From a virus (lineage: Duplodnaviria; Caudoviricetes), in the IMG/VR virus record IMGVR_UViG_3300036971_000130: a stretch of 64,000 nucleotides of DNA, one strand, 5' to 3'. How positions within the stretch are numbered: the stretch's first letter is position 1; the number at the start of each line of letters is the position of its first letter. Below the pieces are notes generated by a model. It made no database searches and was not told the origin of the DNA. It saw nothing but the letters and a program-made list of their open reading frames with translations. Below, in pieces: positions 10,405-19,494 of this stretch. Made by a program: the position numbers and the translations under genes.

Positions 10405-11051
10405 GCATCAAGGTCTACGACGGTCACCGTCTGAAGCTGACGACCCCGACGACGCTCGTCGAGTTCTTCGTCGCTGTTCGAGATTCCGTCTCCGCTGAGT
10501 TCGAAGACCAACGAGATCGTCTGCTGGCCGAAGTCGCCATCGAGGCTCTCGACGACAGAAACCGGATGCAGCATCAGGCGTGTGTCAAGTGGTCGGGCAG
10601 GACACCCCTGGACCTCGCTGAGAGGGTCATCCAGTCAGCGCACCAGTCTGCACGTCGTTCGATCTACGACCTGAACTTCAGCCTCGTGATCCTCCCGGAT
10701 GCGTCCGACAGGGACCATGTCCTCGTCAGGTACCTCTACGACTTCGGTCGCTACGATCAGGTCGTCACCGACCTCGTCGAGCGGATCGACGGTCTCGAAC
10801 CGTTCCCCTACTGGAACAACACGGACCGGCCAGACGAACTCACCGAGGCCGAGTGGGAAGCTCGCAGGATCTCCTGGTCGAGTTTCGGAAACCAGTCGAT
10901 GAATGCGACGACACTCGGATGGTCAGCAGTCGGGTCGGACCTCGACCTGGCTTTCGATGGGTCGAGGTGGTCGCAGACCCGCCAGGAACGCTGGACCGAG
11001 ATTCTCGGCCCCGACAACTGGTACGCCGTCAACACCCGGTACGTCGACTGA
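10401..11051 (+). CDS. hypothetical protein
   Basis: GTG with aagga RBS; YWNNTDRPDE...W..R motif. Confidence 0.7.
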   Translation: MSIKVYDGHRLKLTTPTTLVEFFVAVRDSVSAEFEDQRDRLLAEVAIEALDDRNRMQHQACVKWSGRTPLDLAERVIQSAHQSARRSIYDLNFSLVILPDASDRDHVLVRYLYDFGRYDQVVTDLVERIDGLEPFPYWNNTDRPDELTEAEWEARRISWSSFGNQSMNATTLGWSAVGSDLDLAFDGSRWSQTRQERWTEILGPDNWYAVNTRYVD

Positions 11052-11052
11052 T

Positions 11053-11265
11053 CTACCAGTACCAGAACTGAATCCAGACGGAGTGCTGCGAGAACCAGCG
11101 ATGGTTCGGGATCTCGTCGTAGTCCTCGTGGCTCAGAGCTTCCCTGACCCGTTGACGGTACGGACGTTCGTACTTCAGGCTCGAACGGTACATCCGCTCC
11201 AACTCGTCGTACCAATGAGGATCAGATCGGTACGCTCGGGGAGCGTCCTTCCAGGTGCGGGCCAT
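11053..11265 (-). CDS. small basic protein, MxRTxKD family
   Basis: MARTWKDAP...HEDYDEIP; paralogue array. Confidence 0.7.
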   Translation of the reverse strand: MARTWKDAPRAYRSDPHWYDELERMYRSSLKYERPYRQRVREALSHEDYDEIPNHRWFSQHSVWIQFWYW

Positions 11266-11618
11266 CAGTAGCACTCCCAGTCAGCACCACGACGGTAGGC
11301 ACGACGGTAGTGGGGCATCGCGTCGTAGTCCTCGTGAGCGATCGCATCACGCACAGCGGCACGGAGACGGGGCTCACACGCCTTCAGGGTCCGAAGGAAG
11401 ATGGCGTGGATCTCGACCTGGCGCTGATCCCAGATGTCCTCGATGGGATCGTAGTCCTCGTTGTAGATGCCGGGGATGTTGACGTGTCGGCCGTTCTCGA
11501 AACGACCGCCGGGCTTCCGGGTCCAGTAGGACTCACGGGAACGCCAATCAGACGGCACACAGCCGTTCTTGCGATGAGCCTTCACGGCTCGGGGTGCATC
11601 CTTGAAGGTGCGGGACAT
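11265..11618 (-). CDS. small basic protein, MxRTxKD family
   Basis: MSRTFKDAP...HEDYDAMP. Confidence 0.72.
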   Translation of the reverse strand: MSRTFKDAPRAVKAHRKNGCVPSDWRSRESYWTRKPGGRFENGRHVNIPGIYNEDYDPIEDIWDQRQVEIHAIFLRTLKACEPRLRAAVRDAIAHEDYDAMPHYRRAYRRGADWECY

Positions 11619-11697
11619 GTTGGTTCCTTGGGGTAGCGAATCAGGTACCTAACATGTCGAGCCTTCCGTTGAGCATGTGATCATCATGGGTGGTCGG

Positions 11698-11952
11698 TCA
11701 CCAGCAGCACGGACACGTCGGCCCGTTCGTCCAGGCCAGCTTCAGATCCTTCGGGATCATGTCGTAGTCGCCGGAGCGGATCAGTCGCCGTTCGAGATGA
11801 CGGCGTTGGCGAATGTGGGTTCCGAAGCGTGGCTTGATCCGGTTGGTCCTCCACAGGTATGGAGCGTTGCTCTGCCAGTCGGACGGGAGCGGTAGCCCCG
11901 CCTGCTCGTACGCCCTCATCTTCAGAGGCCGGTCCTTGTGGGTGCGACTCAT
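11698..11952 (-). CDS. small basic protein, MxRTxKD family
   Basis: MSRTHKDRP...SGDYDMIP. Confidence 0.72.
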   Translation of the reverse strand: MSRTHKDRPLKMRAYEQAGLPLPSDWQSNAPYLWRTNRIKPRFGTHIRQRRHLERRLIRSGDYDMIPKDLKLAWTNGPTCPCCW

Positions 11953-11955
11953 CAT

Positions 11956-12306
11956 CTACCTCGGCGGTTTGCTCATCTTGCAGTGGTCGTTCGAGGAACC
12001 ACCGTCCCTCGTCAGAGCGAACTTCCTCTCATCCGGGATCAGATCATACTCCTGCCGGACGATCAAGTCACGCTCGGAAGGTCGGAAGGTCGAAGCGTAG
12101 AGCTTCGCTGCACCTCGGCGGTGGAACCCGTGGCTGTACGGGCCGTGCTTGCACGCTGGGTCGTAGTTCGGGCTCATCACCCGTCTGAACGGCCCATCAC
12201 CGACGAAGGAGATGATCTCACGTTCACGCCAGTCAGCCGGGGGTCGACGGCCGAGGTAGTCGTACTCCTGCAACGGGGCTGGACGGTCCTTGTAGGTGCG
12301 GGACAT
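11956..12306 (-). CDS. small basic protein, MxRTxKD family
   Basis: MSRTYKDRP...QEYDLIP; RBS gagagg. Confidence 0.72.
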   Translation of the reverse strand: MSRTYKDRPAPLQEYDYLGRRPPADWREREIISFVGDGPFRRVMSPNYDPACKHGPYSHGFHRRGAAKLYASTFRPSERDLIVRQEYDLIPDERKFALTRDGGSSNDHCKMSKPPR

Positions 12307-12356
12307 CGTGACCTCTCGGGTGGCGAACAGGACATCTTCACACACCTGTCAAGGGG

Positions 12357-12545
12357 TCAGCGCAGGCGCTCTCCGTAGTCCCAGAGGGCGGCGGTGTGGC
12401 AGTGCTTCCGGTCGTCCGGGATGTCGTCGTAGTCGCCGGTTGCGATCGCCTCACGCTCTAGGGTGCGGAGCTTGCCGTTGTACTTCTTCTTCTTCCGGCG
12501 TCCACGATCAGCCTTGATCGGGTCTGGGTTGTGTCGACGCCCCAT
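12357..12545 (-). CDS. small basic protein related to MxRTxKD family (C-terminal motif only)
   Basis: REAIATGDYDDIP. Confidence 0.62.
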   Translation of the reverse strand: MGRRHNPDPIKADRGRRKKKKYNGKLRTLEREAIATGDYDDIPDDRKHCHTAALWDYGERLR

Positions 12546-12736
12546 CAGAAGGAACCTCGGCAAGCGTTCTTGCTGGCAACGGCCTTGCCGTTCTTCTGGG
12601 TCCAGACCCGGCGACCGCCGTTGCGCCAACCGATGACGGAGCCACCGGCGGCGAAGTGCGTATCACGCTCACGCCCGGAGACGGCAGCCAGCATCTTCTT
12701 CTGGGCCTGCGCCTTCTTCTTGGACTGCTTGTTCAT
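12545..12736 (-). CDS. small basic protein (SKNACRG C-terminus)
   Basis: Leaderless start after CATAGT. Confidence 0.65.
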   Translation of the reverse strand: MNKQSKKKAQAQKKMLAAVSGRERDTHFAAGGSVIGWRNGGRRVWTQKNGKAVASKNACRGSF

Positions 12737-12767
12737 GCCTCCACTATGGGTGGCTCAGGCCGTCCTG

Positions 12768-13169
12768 TCAAAGAGGTGCGTAGCAGGTGGCTCCGAAGAC
12801 ACCGCCAGACCTGATGCGCTGAAGGCACATCTCCACAGCGTCAGGCCAGGTGACCCCACCATCGAGAGTCCTCCGGGCGATCTCGTCATCCATGCGTGAG
12901 ACACACCAGTGGAACTCCCGGTCATGGAAGACGACGGTCGCAACCAAGGTCGGCAGGATCTCCGTCGGCATCCTCGTCGGCAGAGTCGACACCCGAAGGC
13001 CGATCTCGTCCAGTCGACAGGCGAGGATCATCGAGAGGACCATCTCGGTCTTCTTCGGGTCGCAGATGAAGGTCTGGGACGACACCTCACGTCGAGGGGC
13101 GGAGTGGACCGACACGCCACCGAAGGCAACAGCGAGCTTCAGGTAGTCGTGCGGGTCGATCTCAGCCAT
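12768..13169 (-). CDS. hypothetical protein
   Basis: Leaderless start after CATGAT. Confidence 0.6.
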   Translation of the reverse strand: MAEIDPHDYLKLAVAFGGVSVHSAPRREVSSQTFICDPKKTEMVLSMILACRLDEIGLRVSTLPTRMPTEILPTLVATVVFHDREFHWCVSRMDDEIARRTLDGGVTWPDAVEMCLQRIRSGGVFGATCYAPL

Positions 13170-13197
13170 GCCTGCCATCATGCCACACAGGTCAAGG

Positions 13198-13419
13198 TCA
13201 GAACGGCCAGCAGCAGCGGTAGCGGCAGGTCTCCGGCGTGTGCTTCCAGGCGAGCTTCTTCTCGTCGACGACGACCCTCTCGAAGTCACCGACGGCGATG
13301 GCCGTGCGATCCGAGGTGCGACGACGGCGGACGTTGTTCTTCGTCGAGTGCCGAGCCTTCGCCCAGCGGGCGTTCGACGAACGCCGGGAAGTCGGAGAGT
13401 CCTTCTTGGTCCTGCTCAT
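13198..13419 (-). CDS. small basic protein, MxRTxKD family
   Basis: MSRTKKDSP...AIAVGDFE...KLAW...CCW; leaderless. Confidence 0.7.
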   Translation of the reverse strand: MSRTKKDSPTSRRSSNARWAKARHSTKNNVRRRRTSDRTAIAVGDFERVVVDEKKLAWKHTPETCRYRCCWPF

Positions 13420-13503
13420 GGGTCCATCATGGGTTGTCCACCTACGAAGTCGTCAACCGGGGTTGCTTGGACACCGCTCGTCGTGGTACCCATGATATGC
13501 ACT

Positions 13504-14067
13504 ATGACATACACCATCGCAGGCACCAATCTCAGCATCGTCGCTGAGGAAGCGGCCGAGATCACGAGGGTCCACCCTCGTGCCGAGGTCGCCATCCAGT
13601 TCGCCACCATGTCCCATGGGGCGCAGACCTACGGGACCGGAGACAGCCGAGTCCCGTACATGGTCCACACGATCGGGGTCGCACACCTCGTCCTCCGCTG
13701 CGGAGGGACCGAAGCCGAGGTCATCGCAGCGATCCTGCATGATGTCGTCGAGGACACGCCGGTCAAGCTCGTCGCCATCCGTCGGATCTTCGGCCACGAG
13801 GCCGCAGGTCTCGTCTGGGAGGTCACGAAGGAGGAAGGTGTCGACCACCTGACCAAGATCGGTGATGCCGCTCTCGTGAAGCTCTGCGACTCCGTCTACA
13901 ACATCAGCCGGATCGGGGGTCTGAAGCCCGCCCGCAAGGAGCGGCTCGTCGTCAAGTACACCCGGAACTTCCAGGTGTTGCTCACTCGTCCTCGGCTCGT
14001 TGGTCTGGCGCTGCCCGGCGACGTACAGGAAGTCGTCAGCCGGGACAGCGCCGACTTCCTGGCCTAA
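13504..14067 (+). CDS. RelA/SpoT-type HD hydrolase (small alarmone hydrolase/Mesh1-like)
   Basis: H..Q, PYMVH, AAILHDVVEDT, VKLCD..YN motifs. Confidence 0.82.
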   Translation: MTYTIAGTNLSIVAEEAAEITRVHPRAEVAIQFATMSHGAQTYGTGDSRVPYMVHTIGVAHLVLRCGGTEAEVIAAILHDVVEDTPVKLVAIRRIFGHEAAGLVWEVTKEEGVDHLTKIGDAALVKLCDSVYNISRIGGLKPARKERLVVKYTRNFQVLLTRPRLVGLALPGDVQEVVSRDSADFLA

Positions 14068-14390
14068 CCCACGAGGTGCTGGTCCGGCAGGTGGAGGTGC
14101 ATCTTCATGTGCGTCATCCACCCGCCGATCAGCGACCAAGCGTCGAGGAACGGCGCTTCGGCTTCCTCGTAGCTGATCTCCCTGTTCAGGAAGGAGATGT
14201 AGGCGGAGAGGCCACGTCGGATGCGTCCGATGATGTGGTCCCACTCGGCCGGGTCGAGGTTCTCCGGACACGGATGCTCCTGGCCCACGACGAGACCGAG
14301 AAGCGTCACGACGACATCCTCGAAGCACGGTGGTAGCGGCTCCGGGCGGAGCCGGTCGAAGGCGGACATGGCGAGGGACTTGATCGGCAT
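14064..14390 (-). CDS. hypothetical protein
   Basis: RBS aagga; convergent overlap with HD gene. Confidence 0.55.
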   Translation of the reverse strand: MPIKSLAMSAFDRLRPEPLPPCFEDVVVTLLGLVVGQEHPCPENLDPAEWDHIIGRIRRGLSAYISFLNREISYEEAEAPFLDAWSLIGGWMTHMKMHLHLPDQHLVG

Positions 14391-14477
14391 GATCAGATCA
14401 TCCTTCGGTAGTTGGGGTCAGTAGTCGCATTCGCATTCGTCGTAGCTCTCGGAGCAACGATCGCACGTATTGCAGGT

Positions 14478-15002
14478 TCAGTCATCCCCGTCGGCACCGC
14501 AGGTGTGGCAGACTTCTTCTTCGGGCTCGACTTCGGGGTCCGTGTCGATACGGATGTGCCCGAGCACGATGTACCCGCCATCACGCATGCACCTGATGTC
14601 CTCGTCGAAGGTCACGAAATCATGCCCTTCGATCGGTCCTTCGACCGGGACCAGGCCGATCATCCCGGAGTCCACCGGGTACTCGTTGCCGTCGTCGCCG
14701 TAGTAGCGACCGTCGCCGTGGACCGTGTGGACGCCGACAGCGTGCCCGTCGCCGTGCGGTGCGACGATCAGGTTTTCGTCCTTGGTCGACTCACAGAAGT
14801 CGCTCCACTCACCGTCCTCGATCACGTAGCAGGGGTCACCGATGACGTAGGTGCCCGCCGGGAGCGTCACAACCCCCTCGTCGTCGATGATGCCGTATCG
14901 GGACGGGACAGGCAGATCGACCACTCCGTCTCGGTAGCTGTTGGGTGCGAACCGAGTGGAGTTGCTGGTTCCGAGGTCACGCTCACGCATCTGGTTGCTC
15001 AT
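14478..15002 (-). CDS. hypothetical phage-type protein (GTYxIGDPCY family)
   Basis: LPAGTYVIGDPCY, GDG.Y, VDSG.IG; paralogue at 27186. Confidence 0.7.
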   Translation of the reverse strand: MSNQMRERDLGTSNSTRFAPNSYRDGVVDLPVPSRYGIIDDEGVVTLPAGTYVIGDPCYVIEDGEWSDFCESTKDENLIVAPHGDGHAVGVHTVHGDGRYYGDDGNEYPVDSGMIGLVPVEGPIEGHDFVTFDEDIRCMRDGGYIVLGHIRIDTDPEVEPEEEVCHTCGADGDD

Positions 15003-15011
15003 GGCCTCATC

Positions 15012-15236
15012 CTAGCCGACGATGCCGAACTGGAATCCCAGAGCGGCGAGACCGGCGATGACCGCCACACCGAGCACCAGCGGTCCGATCACGATGTCGA
15101 GCACCTTCCCGAGCACCGTGGTGCCGACGATGGCGATGAGCAAGATGATGCCGAAGGTCGCCGGGTCGATCGGCCAGGTCTGCTCGATGTGCTGGTAGAA
15201 CTCACCGATGGAGGGCAGGTCGATCTTCTCACTCAT
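15012..15236 (-). CDS. small 2-TM membrane protein
   Basis: Leaderless start after TACAAT. Confidence 0.6.
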   Translation of the reverse strand: MSEKIDLPSIGEFYQHIEQTWPIDPATFGIILLIAIVGTTVLGKVLDIVIGPLVLGVAVIAGLAALGFQFGIVG

Positions 15237-15290
15237 CTGGTGATTGTACCGCACCTGCGGCTCCGTCGACCAAAGGTGCGGTACAGACCA

Positions 15291-16544
15291 TCACGAGAAC
15301 ACGGCCAGGTAGGTCAGCTTGATCCGGTCGAGGTTCCACTGGATCATCTCGTTGTTCATCACACCGCAGGTCCCGCCCTTGACGTTGATCGAGTCGTACT
15401 TCGCTCGCTCCCTTTCCGAGTGGGCGAGCATCCGATCCCGAGGCCGCATCTCCCGTCCCATCGCCACATCGGCAACGAACATCGAGACCTCGTTGGAGCC
15501 TCGGCCACCGCCGCCCCAGTACCCGTCGGAGTAGTTGAGCGACTTCGTCGACTGGTCCGAGAAGTACACCCCGTCACCGAACATGCGTCCAGCGATGTGG
15601 ATACCGTCGCTGTTCGTCGGGACGATGAGGCCACGGTGCATCAGCGAGATCAGGTTGCCGGTTCCCGTTCCATGCCAGAGGCGCTTGACGTTGCCGACTC
15701 GGTCCGATTCGACCTTGATCCGAGCGGCCAGCGCAGCGTCAGCTTCGGTGATCTCGTAGAGGGCAACGAGCTTCCGCCCGGAACTGGTGTGGATCGAGTT
15801 CACTGTCGAGGTGAACATCTCCTGGATCGACCGGAACTCCGGAGACGACGGGTCGACAGTCGTCAGCGAGTAGCGGAAGATCCGCTTCTTCGGCTCATCG
15901 TCGTTCGCTGCTGCTGCGGCGGCGATCGCAACAGCGCCGTCGAGAGCGTCCAGGAACTCGACCTGCTTCGCCAGGAAGGTCTGCTCGACGAAGTTCTTCT
16001 CCCACCCTCGGGTCCTCCCGATGTCCTGCGGGACGATGGTCATGTAGCGGCCGATGTCGGCGTTCGTCGGGGCCTTCGCCTTGCTGATCTTGTCCAGCAG
16101 CGCCCTCGCTTCGAGGATGGAAGCGGCACCGACAGGACCGAGTGCGGTCTCCACCGAGCCGCTCTTGGCGACGGTGATCTTGCCGCCGGAAGCGTCCTCG
16201 ATCATGTGTCGGTTGGCGTCACACCAAGAGTTGATCCGACGGATCAGATCGGCGTTCTGGGTCGTCGGAAGTTGCGTCACGGCGTAGTCCGAGAGGACAG
16301 AGTTCGAGGTGATCTTGGAGCCGGAGGAACCGTCTCCGGTCGAATCGAAGACCTGGTACCCCTTCTTCTTCTTCGAGGCGATCGCACGCTCGTAACCGGA
16401 GCGTCCGGTGCCCTCCGAAGACGACTGTCCGTTGGCTCCGACACGCCCCCATCGCTTCTTCACGATGTTGCCGTCGAGGGTCACTTCGTAGAACTTGTTG
16501 TTGTTGGAGTTCGGGTCCGAGAGGACCAGCATGGTGGTTTCCAT
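15291..16544 (-). CDS. WGR-domain poly(ADP-ribose) polymerase-like protein
   Basis: NNNKFY...WGRVG; LWHGT, GRMFGDGVYFSD..TKSLNYS, NNE (H-Y-E triad). Confidence 0.9.
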   Translation of the reverse strand: METTMLVLSDPNSNNNKFYEVTLDGNIVKKRWGRVGANGQSSSEGTGRSGYERAIASKKKKGYQVFDSTGDGSSGSKITSNSVLSDYAVTQLPTTQNADLIRRINSWCDANRHMIEDASGGKITVAKSGSVETALGPVGAASILEARALLDKISKAKAPTNADIGRYMTIVPQDIGRTRGWEKNFVEQTFLAKQVEFLDALDGAVAIAAAAAANDDEPKKRIFRYSLTTVDPSSPEFRSIQEMFTSTVNSIHTSSGRKLVALYEITEADAALAARIKVESDRVGNVKRLWHGTGTGNLISLMHRGLIVPTNSDGIHIAGRMFGDGVYFSDQSTKSLNYSDGYWGGGGRGSNEVSMFVADVAMGREMRPRDRMLAHSERERAKYDSINVKGGTCGVMNNEMIQWNLDRIKLTYLAVFS

Positions 16545-16663
16545 ACCCACCATTATGGGTGTGACCACTGACAGTTTCGGGCGGTCACCCAAAGCCGTCA
16601 GTGGTCACTTTCTGAACGTCGTTCAGGTTTCAGTTGGGACTTTCCGAACGGTGATTCGGAAAG

Positions 16664-17005
16664 TCAGCGGCGGATGCGAAGGCTCGGATCGTTGACCCCG
16701 ATCGCACGCACGACGTTGAACCGGTTCCGCTTCTGACGGAGCACGGCGGAGGTGAAGTCGAGGTCGTCGCCGGGGCGAACTCGGACGGTCATCTTGCCGC
16801 CGAGAGGACCCGACTCGGTGGTGATCTGACCACCCTTCAGGGTGATCTTGTAGACCCGCTTGAAGTCCCCGCCTCGGCGGTTGTCGGGGCCGTGCATCGT
16901 GATGGTTTTGGTGGTGCTGATGGGCATGTAGAGAACATGGGTGCGGTTTTCGCCGTGTCCAACCAGGACCAAAAACATGCGTTTACCTGGGGATATGCCT
17001 TTCAT
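16664..17005 (-). CDS. possible WGR-like small protein (start uncertain)
   Basis: KRVYKITL...SGPLG...RQKRNRF weakly resembles WGR fold. Confidence 0.4.
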   Translation of the reverse strand: MKGISPGKRMFLVLVGHGENRTHVLYMPISTTKTITMHGPDNRRGGDFKRVYKITLKGGQITTESGPLGGKMTVRVRPGDDLDFTSAVLRQKRNRFNVVRAIGVNDPSLRIRR

Positions 17006-17640
17006 GTCATTTCATGTCATTTCTTGCACAGAGGTTTCGGACGTCCCTGGAGATTTTGTTTTTGCCGTTGATCCTGGCCCCTCTCAGTCAGTTTCGTGAA
17101 CTTTCAGTCCTTCTCCTGCCACGACGTGACCTTCTGATCTCGTGACGTTTCATGTCATTTCATTGCCAGAGGTTTCGGATGTCCTGGGAAAACGTCGAAG
17201 TAGCCTTGATCTCGGCCCCGCTCAGTACATCTCGTGTCATTTCATGCTTTGGCCCGATGGGGACGTTCGGCAATATGGGTGGGACACAACCGCCTTCAGC
17301 CTGTGGATAACTGCCTTCAGCCTGTGGATAAGTCCGTTTTGGGGCCTCAGATGGGGCTCGAAACGCCCTGTTGGAGCCCGGTTTTCTGGGTTCTGGCCGG
17401 AGACGGCCGAAAACCGAGGCCAAGCCGCTGACCTGCGAAAACACTAGAGACATAGAAAGGTAGAAGGAGGGGGTAGTAGTAGTAGATGACTGTTGTTTCC
17501 ATACATATGTCTAATAATTACCCCCCCCCTCTCTCTCTGTATACCCCTACCGTTTTCAACTCAGACTGGTTCCCGACGACCGGACTCTCCGACTTCCGAG
17601 ACAGCACGGTTCCGTAACTGCCGCCAATAGTTATCCACAG
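17000..17640. other. candidate replication origin: DnaA boxes, direct repeats, AT-rich tract
   Basis: TTATCCACA boxes at 17302-17310, 17323-17331 (minus) and 17631-17639 (plus); TTTCATGTCATTTC repeats; ~80-bp imperfect repeat 17010/17148; low-GC tract 17440-17560. Confidence 0.55.
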
Positions 17641-17663
17641 GCAGAAGAAGGAGCCACGCCAAC

Positions 17664-18152
17664 ATGAAGACCCGGACTAGGATCGTCGCACTCGCCATGG
17701 CACTCTCGGCACTCGTCGGAGTCACCGCAACCGGCTGCGACGAAGACACCTCGAACGGCAGCGGAGTTCCGACAACGGTCGCTGCTTCGACCGCCAAGGA
17801 ACAGACTCGCAAGCTCGTGAACGACGAGCGACGAGACCACGGACTGCGTGCTCTCCCAGCCCGAGCGGACGCCGAACGCAAGGCGCAGAGTTGGGCGAAC
17901 GAACTCGCTCGACGAGGCACGATGTCTCACTCGAACGTGACCTCCGGTATCACCGACTTCTGCTACGTCGCAGAGAACGTCGGCTATGCGGTCGACCCGG
18001 ATTCGCTGCACGACTTCTGGATGAACTCTGCACCGCACAAGGCGAACATCCTCGACCGCCGATGGACCCACATGGGTGTTGGAACTGCGACCGGAACCGT
18101 GCAAGGCTGGAAGGTGAACTTCACCGTCACGGTGTTCGTCCAGGACTGCTGA
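17664..18152 (+). CDS. CAP/SCP domain lipoprotein
   Basis: Lipobox ATGC; VN.ER...GL, HS, AENVG, WMNSAPHKANIL. Confidence 0.88.
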   Translation: MKTRTRIVALAMALSALVGVTATGCDEDTSNGSGVPTTVAASTAKEQTRKLVNDERRDHGLRALPARADAERKAQSWANELARRGTMSHSNVTSGITDFCYVAENVGYAVDPDSLHDFWMNSAPHKANILDRRWTHMGVGTATGTVQGWKVNFTVTVFVQDC

Positions 18153-18218
18153 CGGCACCACCCATGATGGTGTAGACATCCGCCTCGACCGAGGCAACCA
18201 TCGACCCAGGAGTCACCC

Positions 18219-18842
18219 ATGAAGTTCCGCAAGCTGTCCGCTCTCGCTCTCGTCGCAACACTCGCCGTCACCGGCTGCTCCAAGGACGTGAAGTCCGACG
18301 ACTCGAAGCCGAAGTCGACGACCACGACCACCGTCGCCAAGGCGACCGCCAAGGGCAAGGTCTGGGACTTCGACGCATCGAAGGTGCTCGTCACGGCTTC
18401 CGAGGTGAAGTCCGAAAACCCGGAGACCGTGAACCCCGACGACGGGCTGCTCCGGGCCTGCGGTCTTCGCATCGACCAGAAGGCGCTGGACGCCACCGAC
18501 AAGGCGGGTGTCCAGTTCCACGACGGTGACCGGGCCTTCGTGCAGACCGTCGTGAAGTTCAAGACCACCGACGCCGCCGCCGAGTTCTACAAGAACGCTG
18601 CGGAACTCTCCGCTCGGTGCGCTTCGATCCTCAGCACGAACTCCGGCGTGGGCGACGAGTCGATGATGGCCGTCAGCCAGGCGTGGATCGCCAACGCCAC
18701 CGGCGACCAGGAGGTCGTGATCGCACGCAAGGGCAACGCCGTGTTCATCACCGCCCAGCGTCCGACCTCGGACCAGAACAACGTGGACTCCCTCTCGGCC
18801 ATCTCCGCCACCCAGCTTGCGATGCAGCGGGTCGAGGGATGA
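18219..18842 (+). CDS. putative lipoprotein
   Basis: VTGC lipobox, Thr-rich linker. Confidence 0.75.
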   Translation: MKFRKLSALALVATLAVTGCSKDVKSDDSKPKSTTTTTVAKATAKGKVWDFDASKVLVTASEVKSENPETVNPDDGLLRACGLRIDQKALDATDKAGVQFHDGDRAFVQTVVKFKTTDAAAEFYKNAAELSARCASILSTNSGVGDESMMAVSQAWIANATGDQEVVIARKGNAVFITAQRPTSDQNNVDSLSAISATQLAMQRVEG

Positions 18843-19018
18843 CGGCCCCGCTGCTGCACGGCGATGACGGGGTTCTCCTGTCCGCCGTGCAGCGGGGGAC
18901 GATCGTCACCGTCGAAGGGCGCTGGCGTGAATCCGCTCGCCGTCTCGCTGATGCGGGGCTCGTCGAGTGGGACGGGACATCGAACCCTCCGAAGGTTCCA
19001 GGTGACTTCGCTCGCTGA
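18839..19018 (+). CDS. hypothetical protein
   Basis: ATGA coupling. Confidence 0.45.
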   Translation: MTAPLLHGDDGVLLSAVQRGTIVTVEGRWRESARRLADAGLVEWDGTSNPPKVPGDFAR

Positions 19019-19487
19019 GGTCACCGGACCGAAGCTGCTCGTGACCGGTTCGAGGGCCTTCGCCGGTGAGCACCGTCAGGGGCGTGATCTGCTGCTCACC
19101 CGAGACGGCGTCGTCGCTGACGAGTTGCTCTCGATGATCTTCGACGGGCATCCCCAGATGACCCTGGTCCACGATGGCTGTCCGAAGGGCGCTGATGCGT
19201 GGGCGAAGGACTGGGCGTACGAGACCGGCAACGAACAGGTCGCTGTCCCTGCGAAGTGGCAGCGGCCTGACGGTTCCACCGATCGTGGTGCCGGGTTCAA
19301 GCGGAACGCCGAGATGGTGTCGAGCTTGCAGCCCGGCGACTTCGTGGTTGCGATGTGGGACTGGACCTCGAACGGCACGAACCACTGCGTGGGCGAAGCG
19401 GTGAAGCGAGACCAGAAGCTCGTCGCTGCCGGAGGTCCGGACAACGCTCTGCGGATCTTGTACATCCGGGGTGTGCCCCACCCATGA
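19002..19487 (+). CDS. SLOG/YspA-like (DUF2493-type) nucleotide-binding protein
   Basis: LLVTGSR, GCPKGAD, AGFKRNAEMV, SNGT.H. Confidence 0.8.
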   Translation: MTSLAEVTGPKLLVTGSRAFAGEHRQGRDLLLTRDGVVADELLSMIFDGHPQMTLVHDGCPKGADAWAKDWAYETGNEQVAVPAKWQRPDGSTDRGAGFKRNAEMVSSLQPGDFVVAMWDWTSNGTNHCVGEAVKRDQKLVAAGGPDNALRILYIRGVPHP

Positions 19488-19494
19488 TCTCGTC

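Noticed and set aside
14412-16571. 719-aa plus-strand ORF, and similar long antisense ORFs such as 39006-40889 and 5944-7212
   Set aside because: Shadow frames of real genes on the opposite strand (PARP, FtsK); typical of high-GC DNA, no motifs.
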